A stretch of DNA of 64,000 bases. Origin: a bacterium. GTDB taxonomy: Bacteria; UBA8248. The notes under the pieces were generated by a model. It was not told where the DNA came from and made no database searches. It was given only the letters and a program-made list of their open reading frames with translations. The position numbers and the translations under genes were made by a program. Shown piece by piece: positions 60,047 through 64,000 of this stretch; position 1 is the stretch's first letter, and each line of letters begins with the position of its first letter. The DNA lies in contig OZ242260.1 in the NCBI GenBank assembly GCA_965207065.1, positions 768,001-832,000 on the forward strand. The letters run 5' to 3'.

Positions 60047-61075
60047 ATGATCCGCGACGACGTATTCGTATTCGACAACGTGGTGCACATGTACGACTAC
60101 TCGGATGAGAACCTCGTCTCGGAGCAAAGCGAATACGACCGCCACTACCACGTGAGCAAGGTGCTGCGCCGTAGGCGAACCGCGCCCACGGACGTCTACG
60201 CGAACTGGCACCCGGTGGAGGGCTTCAAGCGCCGCTGGAGCGTGGAGGACATGGGCCGCCTCGTTTTCGAGGATTCGGGCACCGACATGGCGATGGCCCA
60301 GGCCGTACCCCTGTTCGACCTGTATAAAGACGGCTTCGCGCCCGTGAAGGCGCAGTACGCCTTCGCGCAGGCCTATCCCGAACGCTGCCTGTTCTGCGGG
60401 GCCGTGGACCCCATGTACCCCAGCGTGGCTGCAGCGTGCGAGGAGATGGAGCGCCAGGTGAAAGAGTGGGGAGCGAAATCCATGAAAATCTACAACGCCC
60501 ACGTGGACGGGAAATCCTGGGCGTGCGACGACCCCGAAATCGCCTACCCCCTCTATGAGAAAGGGCGCGAACTCGGCATCGAGGTATTCCAGTTCCACAA
60601 GGGAAACCCCATCACGCGGGCGAAGCTGCGCGACTTATCGCCGCTCGACATCGAGGGCGCGGCCCTCGATTTTCCCGATCTGCTCTTCGGCATCCACCAC
60701 CTGGCGGTGCCCTACTTCGAGGAAGTCGTCTGGATGGCGAACCGCTACGAGAACGTCTTCCTCGTGCTCTCGGGCATCGGCCATACGCCCATGGTCGCGC
60801 CCAGGACCTTCACCGAGTGGATGGGCAGATTGTTGCGCGACGTGGGCTCCGAGAGAGTGCTCTGGGGTTCCGAGATGGCGCTTCTGGGGAACGCGAAGCC
60901 CGTTATCGAGTGGATATGGGAGATGGAAATCCCCGAATCCATGCAGGATGACTACGGCTATCCGCAGATCACCGAAGAGGACAAGCGCAACATTCTGGGC
61001 CTGAACCAGGCGCGCATCTTCGGCGTGGACGTGGAGGCCAAAAAGCAGGAACTCTGGAGCGGAGCGGCTCGATGA
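60047..61075 (+). CDS. Amidohydrolase_2-family protein
   Basis: DNVVH, YPLYEK...FHKG, IHHLA, RVLWGSE, DKRNILGLNQARIF. Confidence 0.85.
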   Translation: MIRDDVFVFDNVVHMYDYSDENLVSEQSEYDRHYHVSKVLRRRRTAPTDVYANWHPVEGFKRRWSVEDMGRLVFEDSGTDMAMAQAVPLFDLYKDGFAPVKAQYAFAQAYPERCLFCGAVDPMYPSVAAACEEMERQVKEWGAKSMKIYNAHVDGKSWACDDPEIAYPLYEKGRELGIEVFQFHKGNPITRAKLRDLSPLDIEGAALDFPDLLFGIHHLAVPYFEEVVWMANRYENVFLVLSGIGHTPMVAPRTFTEWMGRLLRDVGSERVLWGSEMALLGNAKPVIEWIWEMEIPESMQDDYGYPQITEEDKRNILGLNQARIFGVDVEAKKQELWSGAAR

Positions 61076-61410
61076 ACGAGCACGACGCCCTCGTAACCGA
61101 CGTCCAGGACATTATCGAGACGCAGATTCGCCCGCTACTCAAGATTCACGGCGGGGGCATCACGCTCGATAGCGTGAGCGAAAAAGGCGAAGTATCGCTG
61201 CGCTTCGAGGGCGCGTGCCGCGGCTGCATGCTCAAGAGCGTCACCTACGCCCTGGGCGTGCGCCAGAAGCTCATGCAGCACCCCGGCGTCACGGACGTCG
61301 CGGTCGAGGGCGTCCGAATTTCGGATCACGCCATCAAACGGGTGGAGAAATTCTACTCCGGCTATTCGTTTTGGGTGGGGCAACCGCTCAAAGACCAATC
61401 ATCGTCTTGA
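61072..61410 (+). CDS. NifU/NfuA C-terminal-domain Fe-S carrier
   Basis: IRPLLKIHGGGI and FEGACRGC (CxxC); ATGA overlap with the amidohydrolase. Confidence 0.85.
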   Translation: MNEHDALVTDVQDIIETQIRPLLKIHGGGITLDSVSEKGEVSLRFEGACRGCMLKSVTYALGVRQKLMQHPGVTDVAVEGVRISDHAIKRVEKFYSGYSFWVGQPLKDQSSS

Positions 61411-61427
61411 TCGCATCGCGCTACCAG

Positions 61428-62696
61428 ATGAGCAAAGAACTGCGCCTGTGGTACGGATGGGTGATCCTCCTCAGTGTCTTCATGATCCTGACGGTGACCA
61501 TCGGCATCAGAAACTCCATCGGCGTTTTCTTCAAGGACATCTCTGGCGAGTTCGGCTGGAACCGCGCGGAGACAGCCGCCGCCTTCACCATGGGCATGCT
61601 CGGCCAGGCGATGGTCGCCCCCTTCGCGGGCTGGGTGCTCGAGCGTTTCAACATGCGCTGGGTGATCGGCGCAGGCATCCTCGTGAACGGAGCGGCGCTC
61701 ATCATCGGAGCCTATATCGGCGCCCTCTGGCAATTCTACGCCATGTATTTTCTGCTATCGGTCGGCTTCGCCTTCACGGCCAACCTGCCGCAGGTGCAAC
61801 TGCTCTCGAACTGGTTCGTCTTGAAGCGCGGCCTCGCCATGGGGTTTTCGCACGCAGCCCAGGGCTTCGCGCCCATCGTGAACATCTTCACCCCCCTGCT
61901 CATCGCGGCACTCGGCTGGCGGGGGAGCTATCTCGCGCTGGCGGGAATCGTGCTCCTCCTCGTGCTGCCCTTCGCCGTGACGACGCTGCGCGACCACCCC
62001 AGAGAGAAGCGAACCGCTCCCGACGCGCCTTTTCTCACGTCTGAGGAGTTCTCCCGCGCCCGCGCCAGGGCCGCCGTTATCATTCCTGCAGATAAAGAAA
62101 CGGAAACTGTATCCTTTACTTTTTTCTTCACCCGCAGGTTCATGCTGATCGGAGGAATATACGGCAGCATCGCGTATGTCTTCACCGCCGTTCTGGTGCA
62201 TTTGATCCCCCACGCGACGGACCAGGGCTTCTCTCCCTCGGGGGGCGCCGCGCTCTTCGCCCTTTACGGGGCGGCCCTCGTCGTGGGAAACGGGCTGAGC
62301 GCGATTTCGGATCGCATCGGGAGGCTCCCCACCTACATGGTGGGCGTGGTGTGCGGCGTGGCCGCGAGTTATCTCCTGGCCGCCTTCACGCGCGCATCGC
62401 ACGAGTGGCTGATATACGCGGGCGCGATGGGGGTGGGTTTCGCCCTGGGTTTCGTCCGCCCCACGGCGTCCTCTCTGTTGGCGGATCATTTCGCGGGGCC
62501 GGGATTCGGTCTCGTGAACGGGTGCGCAATGATGGTCTTCTCGCTCATTGGCGCACTCGGCCCCCTCGTGACGGGGATGCTTTTCGACGCCAGCGGAAAC
62601 TATTATTCGGGTTTTCTCCTCGTGGGCGGCATGTTCATCGTTGGCGCGATTTTCGTCGTGAGCCTCTCGCGTATGCCGCGCGAAGAGCGCGCTTAG
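61428..62696 (+). CDS. MFS transporter
   Basis: WYGW N-terminus, NWF..KRGLA, SDRIGR; about 12 TM segments; ATG at 61428. Confidence 0.88.
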   Translation: MSKELRLWYGWVILLSVFMILTVTIGIRNSIGVFFKDISGEFGWNRAETAAAFTMGMLGQAMVAPFAGWVLERFNMRWVIGAGILVNGAALIIGAYIGALWQFYAMYFLLSVGFAFTANLPQVQLLSNWFVLKRGLAMGFSHAAQGFAPIVNIFTPLLIAALGWRGSYLALAGIVLLLVLPFAVTTLRDHPREKRTAPDAPFLTSEEFSRARARAAVIIPADKETETVSFTFFFTRRFMLIGGIYGSIAYVFTAVLVHLIPHATDQGFSPSGGAALFALYGAALVVGNGLSAISDRIGRLPTYMVGVVCGVAASYLLAAFTRASHEWLIYAGAMGVGFALGFVRPTASSLLADHFAGPGFGLVNGCAMMVFSLIGALGPLVTGMLFDASGNYYSGFLLVGGMFIVGAIFVVSLSRMPREERA

Positions 62697-62700
62697 GACC

Positions 62701-63969
62701 ATGAACGTCATGCGGGACGAATCGCGCCTCTGGTACGGCTGGGTGGTGCTGGCCGTGGTCTTTCTCGTCATGATTTCGCTCATCGCCATTCGCGCCACCA
62801 TCGGGCCCTTCTTCAAGGAAATCTCGGGTGAGCTGGGCTGGAGCCGGGGGGCGACGGCGGCGGCTTTTTCCATCGGCATGCTGGCCCAGGCGATCATCTC
62901 GCCGCTGGCGGGCATCTTTTCCGACCGCTGGAGCATACGGGCGTCGATGTCGGCGGGGGTCGTGGTATTCGGCCTCTCGCTTCTCATCGGGAGCCAAATC
63001 TCCTCGCTCTGGCATTTTTATCTGATGTACATCGGCCTGTGCGCAGGCTTCGCCGCGAGCACTTGGATCGCCCAGGTGCCCACGCTCTCGAACTGGTTCG
63101 TGATAAAAAGAGGGCTCGCCCTGGGCATTTCCAACACCTGCCAGGGAGGGGCCTTCTGCCTGAATATAGCGACTCCCTACCTCATCACGGCCCTGGGCTG
63201 GCGAATGAGCTATCTAGCGCTGGCGGGTGTAACCCTGCTCATCGTGCTCCCCGTCTGCATCATTTTTCACAGGGACCACCCATCGGACAAAGGCACCATC
63301 GCCGACGCTCCTTTCGTCCTGGAACTGCCGGAGGAGCAAACTCCGAAACCAGCGCCTCCATCCGCCGATGAGCCGCCGGTCTCCATGTACAACCTGCCGT
63401 TTTTCTTCTTCATGGGTTCGTTTCTGCCCATGGCGTACACCTTTGCGGGGATGCTCGTCCATCTGGTGCCACACGCCACGGATCAGGGCTTCTCGCTCGA
63501 AACCGCGAGCGTTCTGTTCGCCATCTGGGGCTTATGCCAGGTGGGAGCGAACCTCATCAGCCCGGTCTCGGACCGCCTTGGCCGGGTGCCGACGTTCCTC
63601 ATCGGCGTGGTTCTCGGGATCGCCTCCGTCCTGGTTCTGGCCAACTTCGAGCAGGGCGACCCCCAAATCCGCTTCTACCTGGGCACGATCGCCAATGGTC
63701 TCGCCCTGGGGCTCATGCGGCCTACCGGCTCGGCCATCCTGGCGGATTATTTCGAAGGCCCGGGCTTCGGGCGCGTGAACGGCGTAGCGATGATGGGCTT
63801 CGCCCTCTGGGGTTCGGCAGGGCCATGGACCACGGGTTTCCTCTTCGACCTGCACGGCTCCTACCTTTGGGGACTTTCGGCCTTCGCGCTCATGTTTTTC
63901 CTCTGCGGCTTCTTTGTCGTGTTGCTCGGCTGGGTGAAAAGAGATAAGAGAGGGGCGTCTCCAGCCTGA
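62701..63969 (+). CDS. MFS transporter, tandem paralog of 61428..62696
   Basis: Same WYGW, FFKEISGE.GW, SNWFV.KRGLA and HLVPHATDQG motifs. Confidence 0.88.
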   Translation: MNVMRDESRLWYGWVVLAVVFLVMISLIAIRATIGPFFKEISGELGWSRGATAAAFSIGMLAQAIISPLAGIFSDRWSIRASMSAGVVVFGLSLLIGSQISSLWHFYLMYIGLCAGFAASTWIAQVPTLSNWFVIKRGLALGISNTCQGGAFCLNIATPYLITALGWRMSYLALAGVTLLIVLPVCIIFHRDHPSDKGTIADAPFVLELPEEQTPKPAPPSADEPPVSMYNLPFFFFMGSFLPMAYTFAGMLVHLVPHATDQGFSLETASVLFAIWGLCQVGANLISPVSDRLGRVPTFLIGVVLGIASVLVLANFEQGDPQIRFYLGTIANGLALGLMRPTGSAILADYFEGPGFGRVNGVAMMGFALWGSAGPWTTGFLFDLHGSYLWGLSAFALMFFLCGFFVVLLGWVKRDKRGASPA

Positions 63970-64000
63970 ATCATGGAACCCCGAATTCGAGGATACGCAT

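Overview
High-GC bacterial chromosomal window with both accessory and core content. 1-8.4 kb: a tandem array of Lcp/MpaB-like heme oxygenases and MMPL/RND transporters with duplication scars, ending in an FAD oxidoreductase. 8.5-10.8 kb: a lone xanthine-dehydrogenase-family Mo subunit. 11.2-16.3 kb: a lower-GC, tightly coupled five-gene operon (C5 DNA methyltransferase, GHKL-type ATPase, two uncharacterised proteins, Vsr) with no recognisable restriction nuclease, a candidate undescribed defence system. 16.6-21.6 kb: TauE transporter, DinB-like protein, an OsmC-family selenoprotein split by the ORF caller at an in-frame UGA, tRNA-Phe, AIR-synthase-family protein and HAD hydrolase; the 17.7-21.4 kb part is bracketed by a diverged ~160-180 bp inverted repeat. 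21.7-25.2 kb: gene remnants and a DAK2-DegV fusion. 25.6-31.9 kb: a LIV-type ABC transporter with a triple-domain RidA protein. 32.4-56.8 kb: two consecutive complex I operons, a complete nuoA-N and a second lacking nuoE/F/G/I whose NuoL has the 26-aa lateral-helix duplication typical of '2M' complexes despite a single nuoM. 57-64 kb: PLP histidine-decarboxylase-like enzyme with an ACT protein, EamA, amidohydrolase, NifU and two MFS transporters. All calls come from reading motifs by eye; no database searches were run.
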